A DNA stretch of 32,000 nucleotides, from contig GG663738.1 in the NCBI GenBank assembly GCA_000151265.1, positions 401,264-433,263 on the forward strand, given 5' to 3'. The notes under the pieces were generated by a model. The model did no database searches. It worked only from the letters and a program-made list of their open reading frames with translations, and was not told the DNA's origin. Made by a program: the position numbers and the translations under genes. Origin of the DNA: Micromonas pusilla. Lineage: Eukaryota. This document shows, in pieces, positions 1 through 8,971 of this stretch (position 1 is the first letter of the stretch; each line of letters starts with the position of its first letter).

Positions 1-1
1 G

Positions 2-673
2 TCGCCGCTGCTCACGGCGGCGGTCGCCGCGGCGGCCGCGCGCGGAGACGCCGCGCCGTCGCCCGGGACGCCGCCGCGATTCGAAGACGGCGGCGGCGGC
101 GGCGGCGGGAGCGGGAGCGGGAGCGGCGGGAGCGGCGGGAGCGGCGGGAGCGGCGGAAACGCCGCCGCGACGCGTCGTCGCGCCGACCCCGTCGCGAAGG
201 CGGGCGCGGAGCACGTCGGGGTGTTACAGAAAGAGTTCGACACGCGCACGCGCGTGTTCGAGGACGACGCGGACTTCATCGTCGAAGTCAAAGAAGGCGT
301 CTCGGACGCGGACCTCGATCCGGATTTCGAGCTCAAGTCTCTCGGCGCGCGGTTCGAGAATTGGAAAAAAGATTTCAAGGACCGCCTCAAGGAGACCCGG
401 GCGATGCTGAAGAAGCTCGAGCGGTTCGACGACTTTGGGGACGACGCGCACGGCCACGGCGACGGTGACGTCAACACCGGCGCCAACGCGCCGCGCGCGG
501 GTCCGGCGCCGAACGACGAGAACGCCGGGTTCGAGTTCGTGCCGTGGGAGGTGGCTCGAAAGCAGACGGGAAAACGCGCGGCGGGCGCGGGCGACGCCGC
601 GGGCGCCGGCGCGGGCGCGGAGAAGAAGCGAGGCTGGGGGTTCAAGCGCGCACTCGGGCTGAAGAAGCGCTGA
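2..673 (+). CDS. Myosin tail, class VIII-like (3' end of a gene that starts upstream of the window)
   Basis: Frame 2 is open from the window edge to TGA at 671-673. The tail reads VLQKEFDTRTRVFEDDADFIVEVKEGVSDADLDPDFELKSLGARFENWKKDFKDRLKETRAMLKKL. From memory this matches the conserved C-terminal block of plant class VIII myosins (VFGDDAKFLVEVKSG..LDPD.EL..L...FE.WKKDY..RLRETK..L.KL). No motor domain lies in the window. Confidence 0.6.
   Translation, partial: SPLLTAAVAAAAARGDAAPSPGTPPRFEDGGGGGGGSGSGSGGSGGSGGSGGNAAATRRRADPVAKAGAEHVGVLQKEFDTRTRVFEDDADFIVEVKEGVSDADLDPDFELKSLGARFENWKKDFKDRLKETRAMLKKLERFDDFGDDAHGHGDGDVNTGANAPRAGPAPNDENAGFEFVPWEVARKQTGKRAAGAGDAAGAGAGAEKKRGWGFKRALGLKKR
89..157. repeat. 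(GGC)n / (GGGAGC)n microsatellite inside the myosin tail CDS, encoding a Gly/Ser run
   Basis: Direct reading: ggcggcggcggcggcggcgggagcgggagcgggagcggcgggagcggcgggagcggcgggagcggcgga. Confidence 0.9.
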
Positions 674-745
674 CTGACTTGAACTGCGCGAATCGTTTAA
701 TTGTTTTGATCGTGTTGATAACCTTAAAGGAGTCGCTGACTCGTC

Positions 746-1759
746 TCACTTGCACACGACGCTGCTCACCATAAATCCGGTTTGCACGCGTTCGCAGTTT
801 TTTATCTTAATCAGCTCGATGTCGAACACCTCCCACTGCTTGCTGCTGAAGAACGTCGCGGGCCCGACCGGGGGCCCCAACTCCGGGGGAACCACGACCC
901 TTCGCTTCCCACCCTCGCGCATCCCTTTCAACCCCTCCTCGAACCCGGGAATCATGCCGTTGATCCCGAGGCGCGTGCTCGCCGGCGCGTTTTTTCGATA
1001 GGTCGAGTCGATCGTCCCGCCGTTTTCGTTGTAGGCGATGTAATCGAACGTCACCTCCTGCCCATCCTTCGGCAGCTCACCGGTGCCGAGCTGAAAGTCC
1101 TTGTACACTAAGCCGTCCTCTTGTGTCACGAACCCCGGAGGCGTGATGACGCGGACGTCGTACCCCTCGCGCACGAACGTCGGGAAGTCCACCGGCGCGT
1201 TGTTGTACTGCTTGATCTTCAGGTTGTTATCGATCGCCTTCTGTTCCAACTCGGTCAGGCCCTTCTCTTCGCGGTCCTGGATCTTCGCCTTCGCGGCGGC
1301 GATGTCCGGGGCGGCGCCGACGGCGACGTCCTCGTACGAAATCTCCACGATCTCGGGCTCGTCCTCCTCCGCGGACGAGGACGACGACGCGGACGCGGAC
1401 GCGGACTCGGGAGGAGAAGACTCGGAGACGACGACAGCGGCGGTCTCGCCGTCCGCCGCGAACGCGCCCGCGGCGTCCTCCGCGGCGGCCATCGCCGCGC
1501 GCGTCGGGGAGAGCGTCATCGCGAGCGCGGCGGCCGCGGCGACGGCGACGCCGGCGACGCGCGCGGACGCGCTCGGCGACGCGACGGGCGCCGACGTCGA
1601 CGCGGACGTCGACGTCGACGCCGACGACGACGAATCTGCCGCCGCCGCGACGCGCGCGGAAGGTCGCGCGCACGCGACCGCGCCGCGCGCGTTCGCGCCG
1701 GCGACGGCCGCGCGACGCGTCGTAGCGATCGACGGAACGTGCGCGGCGATGCACGACAT
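746..1759 (-). CDS. FKBP-type peptidyl-prolyl cis-trans isomerase with a long Ala/Ser/Arg-rich N-terminal presequence (plastid or thylakoid-lumen type)
   Basis: The C-terminal domain GLVYKDFQLGTGELPKDGQEVTFDYIAYNENGGTIDSTYRKNAPASTRLGINGMIPGFEEGLKGMREGGKRRVVVPPELGPP...VFDIELIKI is a canonical FKBP_C domain. I chose the ATG at 1757-1759 (MSCIAAHVPS...) rather than the ORF-track start at 1957, whose first 66 residues are Arg-rich. The hydrophobic stretch VAGVAVAAAAALAMTLSPTRAAMA after a Ser/Ala-rich region looks like a bipartite transit plus lumen-targeting signal. Stop is TGA at 746-748. Confidence 0.85.
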   Translation of the reverse strand: MSCIAAHVPSIATTRRAAVAGANARGAVACARPSARVAAAADSSSSASTSTSASTSAPVASPSASARVAGVAVAAAAALAMTLSPTRAAMAAAEDAAGAFAADGETAAVVVSESSPPESASASASSSSSAEEDEPEIVEISYEDVAVGAAPDIAAAKAKIQDREEKGLTELEQKAIDNNLKIKQYNNAPVDFPTFVREGYDVRVITPPGFVTQEDGLVYKDFQLGTGELPKDGQEVTFDYIAYNENGGTIDSTYRKNAPASTRLGINGMIPGFEEGLKGMREGGKRRVVVPPELGPPVGPATFFSSKQWEVFDIELIKIKNCERVQTGFMVSSVVCK

Positions 1760-1933
1760 CGCGCGTGCGTGCGCGGACGACCGGAGGCGCGCGACGCAGT
1801 GACGACGGCGCGGATAGCGGCGGACCCGAGACCTGTCAGGAGAGCCAGGCTGGTGCCAGTTTCTCGACGGCCGCGAAATCTCGCCGCTCTCCAGTTCGTC
1901 CGCGCGCGCGGGCGACTCCACCCGCCGCGAGCG

Positions 1934-4251
1934 ATGGCCGCCGCGGGGGCGATCCACGCGCTCAGGGCGGAGCTCACGACGCTGATCGCGACGCTGCCGG
2001 AGACGCTGCGATCGTGCCGAGCGGAGACGCTCGCGAACGACGTCGCGCCCATCTTCGAGGCGGACGACTACGACAGGTGCGCGCGCGACATATCAGGACG
2101 AGGCGACGCGGACGCGCGCGCGCGATTTCCTCCGCTCCGCCCGCGGCGTCGACCGCCGCCCGCGCGGGTTATGAAACGCACGATCACGCTGCGTTCTCGT
2201 GCCAGGATCTCTCGCGTCCGCGCGCGCCGCCTCGCGCGCTCGAACGACCCGCGAGGGCGCCCTCGTCGCCCGCATCCCTAGATTCGCCCTACTCGGAGCC
2301 TCCCAGCCCGTCGCGGCTTCGAAACCAACCGACGCGAAACTAACGTCCCGACCGCCGCCCGCCGCCTCGCCCGCCCCAACAACCCCTCTCGCAGGACCCC
2401 GAACGTGGAGCCGGAACACTTCGAGTTCCAAGACACGTGGACGCACCTCGTCGCCGCGCTCCGCGATCCGTGGCAGACCTCCGACGAGGCGCGCGCGGAG
2501 CTCGAGCGCACGTCCGCGGCGTCGGAGGAGACCTTCCGAGACGCCGCCGGCGACGACGCCCGCGAACGCGCCGCCGCGAGCGCGTCGCGTCGACTCGACG
2601 TCGACGAGGGGATCCACCGTCCGTTGGGGACGGGTCTCGCCGCGTGCCAGGGATGCGGCCGCGTGCTGCTCGCGGAGGCGTTGGCGGCGCACAGGAGGGA
2701 CGCGTGCGTCGTCGCGAGGGAGGCGTTGGGGACGAGCGGCGTCGCCGCCGCGCTCGGCGGGGTGTTCGCGGCGGTTTCTGGGGAAGGTGAGACTGCTTCC
2801 CATACGACCCCGTTCGCGTGGTGAACGCCGTTCCTTAAGGACTTTTCCCGTCGTCACTCTTCACCCGCGCTTCCCTTTCAACGTTTGACCGGTGAGACGT
2901 TCGACTGACCGATCGCTTCACCCACGCAGGACGCGAACGGGGCGGCGACGCTTCCGCGGCGGCGGCGAGCGGGGTCGGGGCGGCGGCGTCGCCGGGGAAG
3001 AAAGCGAAGAATTCTTCGCGACGGACGTCGATGAACGTCAACGACCTGGTTGCGAAGAAGGCGCGCGCGGGCGCGCCCACGGGCGTCGGCGCGGATGGCG
3101 CCATCGTAGACGCGTCCGTCGCGTTCACGAAGAGCGGCAAGCTGACGAAACGCGCGCAGCGCGCCGCGGCGGCGGCGACGGCGGCGCGCGCCGCCGCACA
3201 GGCCGCCGCGGCGGGCGGCGTCGCCGCGCCGCCGCCGCACGTCGCCGCCGCTGCGATGCACGCCGGCATCTCGATGGGGATGGGGATGGGAATGGGAATG
3301 GGGATGGGGATGGGGATGCCGCCGCCCGGGATGGTGGATCCGTCGCCGTCGCTCGCGCCGCCCGCGCCCGCGTACCCGTTCGCGCTCGGCGGGATGGACC
3401 CGTCGCGGCGCGCGCAGACGCTGACGCGCCTGCGGGAAGTGCATCAGCAGTACCGCTACCAGATCGACGTCGTCAACGCGCGCGTCACGGTGGCGAACGC
3501 GGCGAGGGAAACGTCGATGTCGACGCCCGGCGGGCGGTCGCGGCTGACGGCGTCGTTCCCGCCCGCCGTCGACGAGGAGGAGCTCCTCGACGCGTTGCGA
3601 AGAGAGGCGACGCACGTCGCGCAGATGATCGCGCAGCTCGCGGCGCCGACGCACCCCGGATGGGACGCAAACGTGGGCGTCGCGGGCGGCGCGGAGGGCG
3701 TGTACGCGTACGGAGGACTTCGAGCGCCGCCGGGGGGGCAGGGCGGCGGCGGAAACGGCGGGGATCGAACCGGCGGCGCGGTCCACCCCGCGGTGGCGGC
3801 GGCGCTCGAAGTCGCGGACCGGCAGGCGAAGAATAAAATTTTGCACTCCATCTTCGGGAAGCGGAAGCGCGGGAGCGCGGCGTCGCCGACGATGAGCGCC
3901 GGCGGCGGGGATGGCGGCGGCGGCGGCGTCGGCGGCGGGTCCCCGGGCGGCTCCGCGAAGAAGCGCGCGACGAAGGCTGCGATCGCGGTCGCGTCCGCGG
4001 CGGCGGCGATGCACGCGACGCCGCAGCGCGCGACGGCGAGCGCGAACGGGTTCGCGCTCGTGGCCCCGCTCGCGGCGACGTACGACCCGCGAAAGGCGCG
4101 GGAGTTGAGACAACGCGCGCTGTACGCGGCGATGTTTCACGGCACCGGGGAGGAGCTCGCGAAGACGATCCAGCCCCACGTCGTGCCCGCGGCGGTGTAC
4201 CTCAACGGAGGGAGGAACGTCGTGCAGGGGTACCCGACGGCGGCGAACTGA
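1934..4251 (+). CDS. Three-exon gene for a hypothetical low-complexity protein with one CxxC-x11-H-x4-C zinc-knuckle-like motif and an (MG)n tract
   Basis: Exons are 1934-2076, 2395-2786 and 2930-4251. Hand-checked phases: exon 1 ends with 2 nt (ag) and joins g at 2395 to give AGG, then frame 2 continues into ORF 2405-2824. Exon 2 ends with 1 nt (g at 2786) and joins ga at 2930-2931 to give GGA, then frame 1 continues without stops into ORF 3031-4251. Total exon length is 1857 nt, or 619 codons. Donors are cag|gtgcgc and aag|gtgaga; acceptors are ctcgcag| and cacgcag|; ctaac and ctgac branch-like sites lie upstream of the acceptors. The motif CQGCGRVLLAEALAAHRRDAC loosely resembles the SGF11/ATXN7L3 zinc finger (not an exact spacing match). 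Confidence 0.55.
2077..2394 (+). other. Spliceosomal intron 1 of the 1934-4251 gene (318 nt)
   Basis: GT at 2077-2078 and AG at 2393-2394, with ctaac at about 2339-2343. Removing it joins two open frames in phase. Confidence 0.6.
2787..2929 (+). other. Spliceosomal intron 2 of the 1934-4251 gene (143 nt), which carries the introner-like element
   Basis: GTGAGA donor at 2787, ctgac at 2904-2908 and AG at 2928-2929. Removing it avoids the in-frame TGA at 2822-2824 and joins frame 2 to frame 1 exactly. Confidence 0.65.
2822..2883 (+). mobile_element. Introner-like repeat core, copy A (sense orientation inside an intron)
   Basis: The 62-nt segment tgaacgccgttccttaaggacttttcccgtcgtcactcttcacccgcgcttccctttcaacg aligns without gaps to the reverse complement of 31939-32000. 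About 50 of 62 positions are identical by hand, including 31 of the first 33. Confidence 0.5.
3274..3318 (+). repeat. (ATGGGR)n hexanucleotide repeat encoding GMGMGMGMGMGMGM
   Basis: Direct reading: atggggatggggatgggaatgggaatggggatggggatggggatg. Confidence 0.9.
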
Positions 4252-4436
4252 GCCGATCCGGACGGGAGGGTTTTTAGAAACTACTTTCCTTCAAAACTTA
4301 GACGAGTCCATAGGACTAGGGACGCGTAAACGACGCTAGGGACGATGTACTTGTAACGAAACGCGAGCGAGATTCGATTCGGACGAACGAACGACGGTCA
4401 CACGACGCACGCACTGTGTCTACTACGATGCTACGA

Positions 4437-5751
4437 CTACGCCCTCTTGAGCTCGTCGACGAGCTTCCGGAACCGTTCGAACCGGCGCTTGTACTCCTTG
4501 TGCGGATTTTGCGAGTTGTCGTACGACTCCGCGCCTTCGCCGCAGTTCGCGCACTCGGCGTCCCAGTCGTCGCCGAGCCACCACGGCGAGCCGCACTCTA
4601 AGCACGGCATCTTCGGCCAGTAGTGCCCGGTACCCTCGGGGAACTGCTTCACGTCGACCCCTCGCGGCGGCGCGACGAATGCGTCCGGGCGGACGATCCC
4701 GACTTTCCCGCCGAAGCCCAGGTTCGACGTCCCAAACGGCTTCGGTCTCAACGTCGTCGCCGCGGGCGTTTCATTCGCGCTTCGACCCTCCGCCGCTTCA
4801 ACCGCCGCGTCTTTCGCGACGACCGAAGGCCCGAGCCCGCCCCAGCCGTGCCGCGCCATCGCCGCGGTCGCCATCGCCGCGGACCCGCGGACGCCTCTGA
4901 CGACCACGCCCAACGACGCCAGGTGCTCCGTCTGTTCCGGCCACGGCGCGAAGCACAGCCCGCCGCCGGTCGCCGACGCCGACGCGGACGCCGACGCCGA
5001 CGCCGACTCCTCCTCTGGGGTGAGCACGCACGCGTCCAGCGCCGCGCGGATCGCGTCCGGGTTCATCTCGCGATCGCCCTCGAAGACGATCTCCTGCCGC
5101 CGGTCCCCCGGGTACGCCGCGGAGAAGCCCCCGTCCGGCGCGGCGGCGGCGGCGGCCGTCGTCGTCGTCGTCGTCGTCTTCGCCCCGCCGCCGGGCGCCG
5201 ACGACGACGGCGCGTCCCAGTCGCCGACGCACGTCACGAGCACGCGCCCGGGCGACGCCGCGTCCGGCGTGGACCACGTGCCGCGAACGAACGGGCGGTT
5301 CGAGAGCCAAACCGCGCCCGCGGAGGTCTTCACGCCGCGGAAAGGGCCGGCGGGGACGGTCGGTTCGGACGTCGACGGCGACGGCGACGGCGACGACGTT
5401 GACGGGCCTTCTCCGGACGCGAGGAGGAGCCGCGAGAGAATCTCCGCGGCGGCGACGGCGGCGGCGGAAGCGGCGGCCGCGGCCGCCGTCGCGCTCGTCG
5501 CGACCGCGACGGCGGCGGTCGTCGCCGCGCTCGCGTCGTCGATTCGCCACCGCGACGAGACCGACTCCGCCGCTCGCGCCGCCGCCGCCGCCGCCGCCGC
5601 GGACTCGACCAACGCGCTCGCGTCGATCCCCTTCTTCCCAACGCCGCCGCAAGCGTCGGCGGCGGTCTCTAGCTCGAAGTGCGCGCGAAGACACGCGGCG
5701 AACCGCCCGGGGTGGAACGGTCTCTTCGCGACGTAAATCACCGGAGGCGGC

Positions 5752-5795
<44 letters not shown>

Positions 5796-6347
5796 CCGTC
5801 GTCCGCTCGTCGTCTCCGGCGACGGCGGCGTCGTCGCGATCGTCCGCTCGCCGGTCGGCGTCTCCGGCGACGCGGGCGCCTCGACGGCGTCGCGCGCCGC
5901 CTTCGCCGCCTCCGCCGCCGCGGCCAATATCGCCGCCTCCGCCGCCTCCGTGACCGACTCTGCCTTCTGTTCAATCTGCTTCGACGCGCGGTCGTGCTCG
6001 AACGCGACGCGTGAGTAGAAAACCGGCGCGCCGTCGGCGAGCCAGTCCGGGGCGCCTTCGATGCCGTCCTCGCGCTCAATCGCGCGCACGGCGTCCGCGA
6101 GGAGCGTCGCCAACGGCGCGGCGGCGCCGCTTCCGCTTCCGCCGCCGCCGCCGCCGTCTCCATCTCCGTCGTGGATGAATCGCTCCTCGACGAAGTTCCC
6201 GCGCGGCAGCGCCCCCCCCAACGCGTTCCTCGCGTCTTCCGCCTTCCCCCGCGCGCACACGACGTCCACGTCCGTCGCGGACAGCTCGTCGCGGACCGCG
6301 CCGTTCGGGATCCTGTGCGGATGCCGCGCGACGCACAAGCGGACGAC

Positions 6348-6382
<35 letters not shown>

Positions 6383-6911
6383 GCTCCCCAGCCGTCGCGC
6401 CAGCGACGAGCTTGAACATCACAGCCGCGTCTATCCCGTCCGCGGCGACGACCGCGTCGCTCACGTTGAGCTTCTGCAGGACGCGGTTGATGGGCTTCGC
6501 GACGCGTCCCGGGTGCGCGGACGACAGCTCGTTCGCGAGCTCGTGCTTGAGTGGGGCGTAGTCGAGGACGAACAGCGTCTCGGTCGCGGTGCGAGCGAAC
6601 AGCTCCGTCGCGCATCGCGACGCGGCGACGACGCCGTCGAACGGCGACGACGGCGCCGCCGGGCGCGGCGGGCGCGGCGCGCCCAGCGTCGTGCGCCCCG
6701 GCGCGAGCTCGATCGCGGGCGCGTCGTCGTCGCCGCCGCCGGCGCCGCCGCCGCGCGCGTCGCCGCCGCCTTCGCCGCCGACGATGACGACGACCGCGCG
6801 CTCGGCGTTGAATCGCGGCTTGTAGGGCCGCCCGCGCGTGATGGCCCAGACGCGCGCTTCCACGAACGCGTCGGCGGATGCGTTGCGTCGCTCCGCAGCC
6901 TTGCGACTCAT
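4437..6911 (-). CDS. CobW C-terminal-domain-like protein with large low-complexity insertions and a C-terminal CxxC...CxxC zinc-ribbon-like motif
   Basis: IYVAKRPFHPGRFAACLRAHFEL ... FRGVKTSAGAVWLSNRPFVRGTWS ... GDRRQEIVFEGDREMNPDAIRAALDACVLTPEEE matches the CobW_C (COG0523 C-terminal) pattern from memory. No GxxxxGK[ST] P-loop or CxCC motif is visible upstream. The C-terminus reads HYWPKMPCLECGSPWWLGDDWDAECANCG. I chose the ATG at 6909-6911 (MSRKAAERR...), because the ORF-track start at 7190 would overlap the divergent LYAR-like gene. Confidence 0.6.
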
Positions 6912-7141
6912 CTCGCGGAGGCGCGGCGCCGCGCGCGGGCGTGCGCGAGGCGAGGCTCCTCTCGCGCGCGGGAGAATGCGGTCTCGGGAGCGCCGCGGCG
7001 CGGCGTGGCGTGGTGCCGAGAAAAATTCCCGTCCGTCGGCGCCGCCAAACGTGATCGTGAAAACCGATACTCGCGGCGCGACGCGCGCGCACTCTCCACG
7101 CGCGCCGCCGCGCGACTTCGCCCGCGCGCGATACGCGAGCG

Positions 7142-7828
7142 ATGCCGTGGTTCCAGTGCGAGGACTGCGGCGACACGCTGAAGAAGCCAAAGGTCAAAGG
7201 CCACGCGTCGGGATGCAGCGCGTCGCGATTCTCGTGCGTCGATTGCCTCCAAGTCTTCGATAGATGGAGCGTGCAGCAACACACGTCGTGCGTGACCGAG
7301 CACGAGAAGTACGCGCTCTCGATCACGAAACCCGGGCAGGAACACTTGATGCACGCCTCCGCGGCGGCGAGCGGCGGCGGCGGCGGCGGCGGCGCGGGCG
7401 GCGGCGGGAACGGCGGCGGCGTCGTCGGCGAGTCCTTTCTCGCGACGAAACCGCCGTGGGATTGCGCGTGCTGCCGCGTGAAGTGCACGTCCCAGGAGAC
7501 GTTGCTGGGGCACGCCGCGGGGAAGAGGCACAGGAGTAAGGCGAGAGGCGCGCTCGCGAAGCAAGGGTTGGGGTTGGACGGGAAGCCGTTGCCGGTCGAG
7601 GGTGGGGACGACGGCGCGGGGAAGGGCGGCGGCGGCGGCGGCGGCGAGGCGGAGGAGGAGGAGAAGGAGGCGCCCGTCGAGGAGAAGAGAGAGAAGAAAG
7701 AGAAGAGAGAGAAGAAAGAGAAGAAGGAGAAGAAGGAGAAGAAGGAGAAGAAAGAGAAGAAGGAGAAGCGCGACCGGGGCGGGGACGCGGAGGAGAAGAA
7801 AGAGAAGAAGCGGAAGAAGGAGAAGTGA
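7142..7828 (+). CDS. LYAR: LYAR-type C2HC zinc-finger nucleolar protein with a U1/matrin-type C2H2 finger and a Lys/Glu-rich tail
   Basis: The N-terminus MPWFQCEDCGDTLKKPKVKGHASGCSASRFSCVDCLQVFDRWSVQQHTSCVTEHEKY matches the tandem LYAR zinc-finger signature. WDCACCRVKCTSQETLLGHAAGKRHRSKAR is a U1-like C2H2 finger. The tail is (EKK/KEK)n. ATG at 7142 and TGA at 7826-7828. Confidence 0.85.
   Translation: MPWFQCEDCGDTLKKPKVKGHASGCSASRFSCVDCLQVFDRWSVQQHTSCVTEHEKYALSITKPGQEHLMHASAAASGGGGGGGAGGGGNGGGVVGESFLATKPPWDCACCRVKCTSQETLLGHAAGKRHRSKARGALAKQGLGLDGKPLPVEGGDDGAGKGGGGGGGEAEEEEKEAPVEEKREKKEKREKKEKKEKKEKKEKKEKKEKRDRGGDAEEKKEKKRKKEK
7681..7768 (+). repeat. Purine-only (GAGAAG/GAAGAA)n repeat encoding the Lys/Glu tail
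   Basis: Direct reading: ggagaagagagagaagaaagagaagagagagaagaaagagaagaaggagaagaaggagaagaaggagaagaaagagaagaaggagaag. Confidence 0.9.
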
Positions 7829-7952
7829 CGCGTCGCTCGACGCAAAGGACGACGCGACGACTGAAGCAAAAGTACAGAAAAGGGACGTCTAACCCGGGGG
7901 CGTGGAGGTAGGTGATCGTATCGTTAGTCTAGCAGGTCGTGTAGTTCTCGCG

Positions 7953-8696
7953 TTAGCTCAAGCTCTCGGTCATGCTCTCGTCCTCGTCGAAACTTTCGAA
8001 ATTTTGCGTGTTCGTCTGCGTCGCCGCGAGCTCGGCCTCGAGTCCGGTCATCCAATATACGGACCTATTGCAGCCGAGCTCCACCGCGACGCGGAACCAC
8101 TTCAGCGCCTCTTTTTTGTTCAGTGCCACGCCGGTGGGTGGGCGGACGTTCCTGAGGTAGACGTTCCCGAGATAGTATGCGGCATCTTTTGAACCCAGCT
8201 CCACCGCCTTGACGTGCAGCTCCATACCCTTCGTTTCATTTACCTTCACGCCGAGGCCGAGCTCGTAGCTCGTAGCGAGGCAGTGGGTCGCGTCGGCGTG
8301 CCCACGCTCTGACGCTCTTTCCCACAACTCGAAAGCCTTCGTGTGGTCTTGCTTCACGCCGTTGTAGTCGCTCGATAAGCCCCCGATAAACTGCATGCCA
8401 TGGTAGCAATGTGCTATCACGTACATGGCGCCGACGTCTCCACGATCAGCACCCAAACGCCACCAGATGATCGCATGCGCACGCGGTCCACAGTTGTAAA
8501 GCCGTTCACCGCGCTTGAACAACGCGCGCAGAGAGCCCCCAGGCAACGACGCGTCAGACTTTTCCGCGTCCCTCCACACCTTGCTCACCTGGGCGAGCGC
8601 GACGCGGTCTCGCGGGTCGTCCCCGAGGTGCGAGAACACGACGGCCGCGACGTTCTCGGGGATGCCGTTGAACCCGGAGCTCGAACGCGTCCGCAT
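7953..8696 (-). CDS. Sel1-like repeat (SLR/TPR-like) protein with an F-box-like N-terminal motif
   Basis: Several Sel1 signatures are present (A..YY/ W..AA..G...A...LG..Y..G.GV..). The head IPENVAAVVFSHLGDDPRDRVALAQVSKVWRDAEKSDASLPGG is F-box-like. The start is ambiguous between the ATG at 8694-8696 (MRTRSSSG...) and the GTG/ATG ORF start at 8804. Stop is TAA at 7953-7955. Confidence 0.7.
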   Translation of the reverse strand: MRTRSSSGFNGIPENVAAVVFSHLGDDPRDRVALAQVSKVWRDAEKSDASLPGGSLRALFKRGERLYNCGPRAHAIIWWRLGADRGDVGAMYVIAHCYHGMQFIGGLSSDYNGVKQDHTKAFELWERASERGHADATHCLATSYELGLGVKVNETKGMELHVKAVELGSKDAAYYLGNVYLRNVRPPTGVALNKKEALKWFRVAVELGCNRSVYWMTGLEAELAATQTNTQNFESFDEDESMTESLS

Positions 8697-8971
8697 GGCT
8701 TGGATCTGAGCGTGCGGCGGCGTGGGCGCGCGCGAGGAAAAGCGTCGTGGCTCGAGAGAAAGTCGAAGGGACACAAACCGACCGACCGACCGCGACCGCG
8801 ACACCTGTCCGCAAAAGTCACCAAAGCACCCTCCCCGACCAGAGTCCCGTCGCGCGCGCGAAGGACCTCACGCGCACGGCCGAGGACGCCGCGAGCGCGC
8901 GACCTCGCCTCTTTTGAGCCCGCGCGCGCGCGCGCGTCTCCGCGACCGCGGCCGGACGTCCGCCCGTCGCC

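Noticed and set aside
1121-2281. 386-aa Arg-rich + strand ORF (and the similar ORFs 1101-1802, 1227-1754 and 1516-2052) over the FKBP gene
   Set aside because: These are shadow ORFs of the FKBP presequence region. Only the last part of the 1121-2281 frame, from the ATG at 1934, was kept, as exon 1 of the downstream gene.
4261-4436. TGTAA as a general poly(A) signal for all genes in the window
   Set aside because: By eye it is found downstream of only two genes (4352-4356 on + and 11613-11609 on -). Most 3' flanks lack an exact copy, so it was not annotated as a general feature.
6076-7869. 597-aa minus-strand ORF spanning the CobW_C-like/LYAR divergent promoter
   Set aside because: It is antisense to the LYAR-type gene (reading its purine repeat as poly-Phe/Ser) and out of frame with the CobW_C-like gene. 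It contains no motifs.
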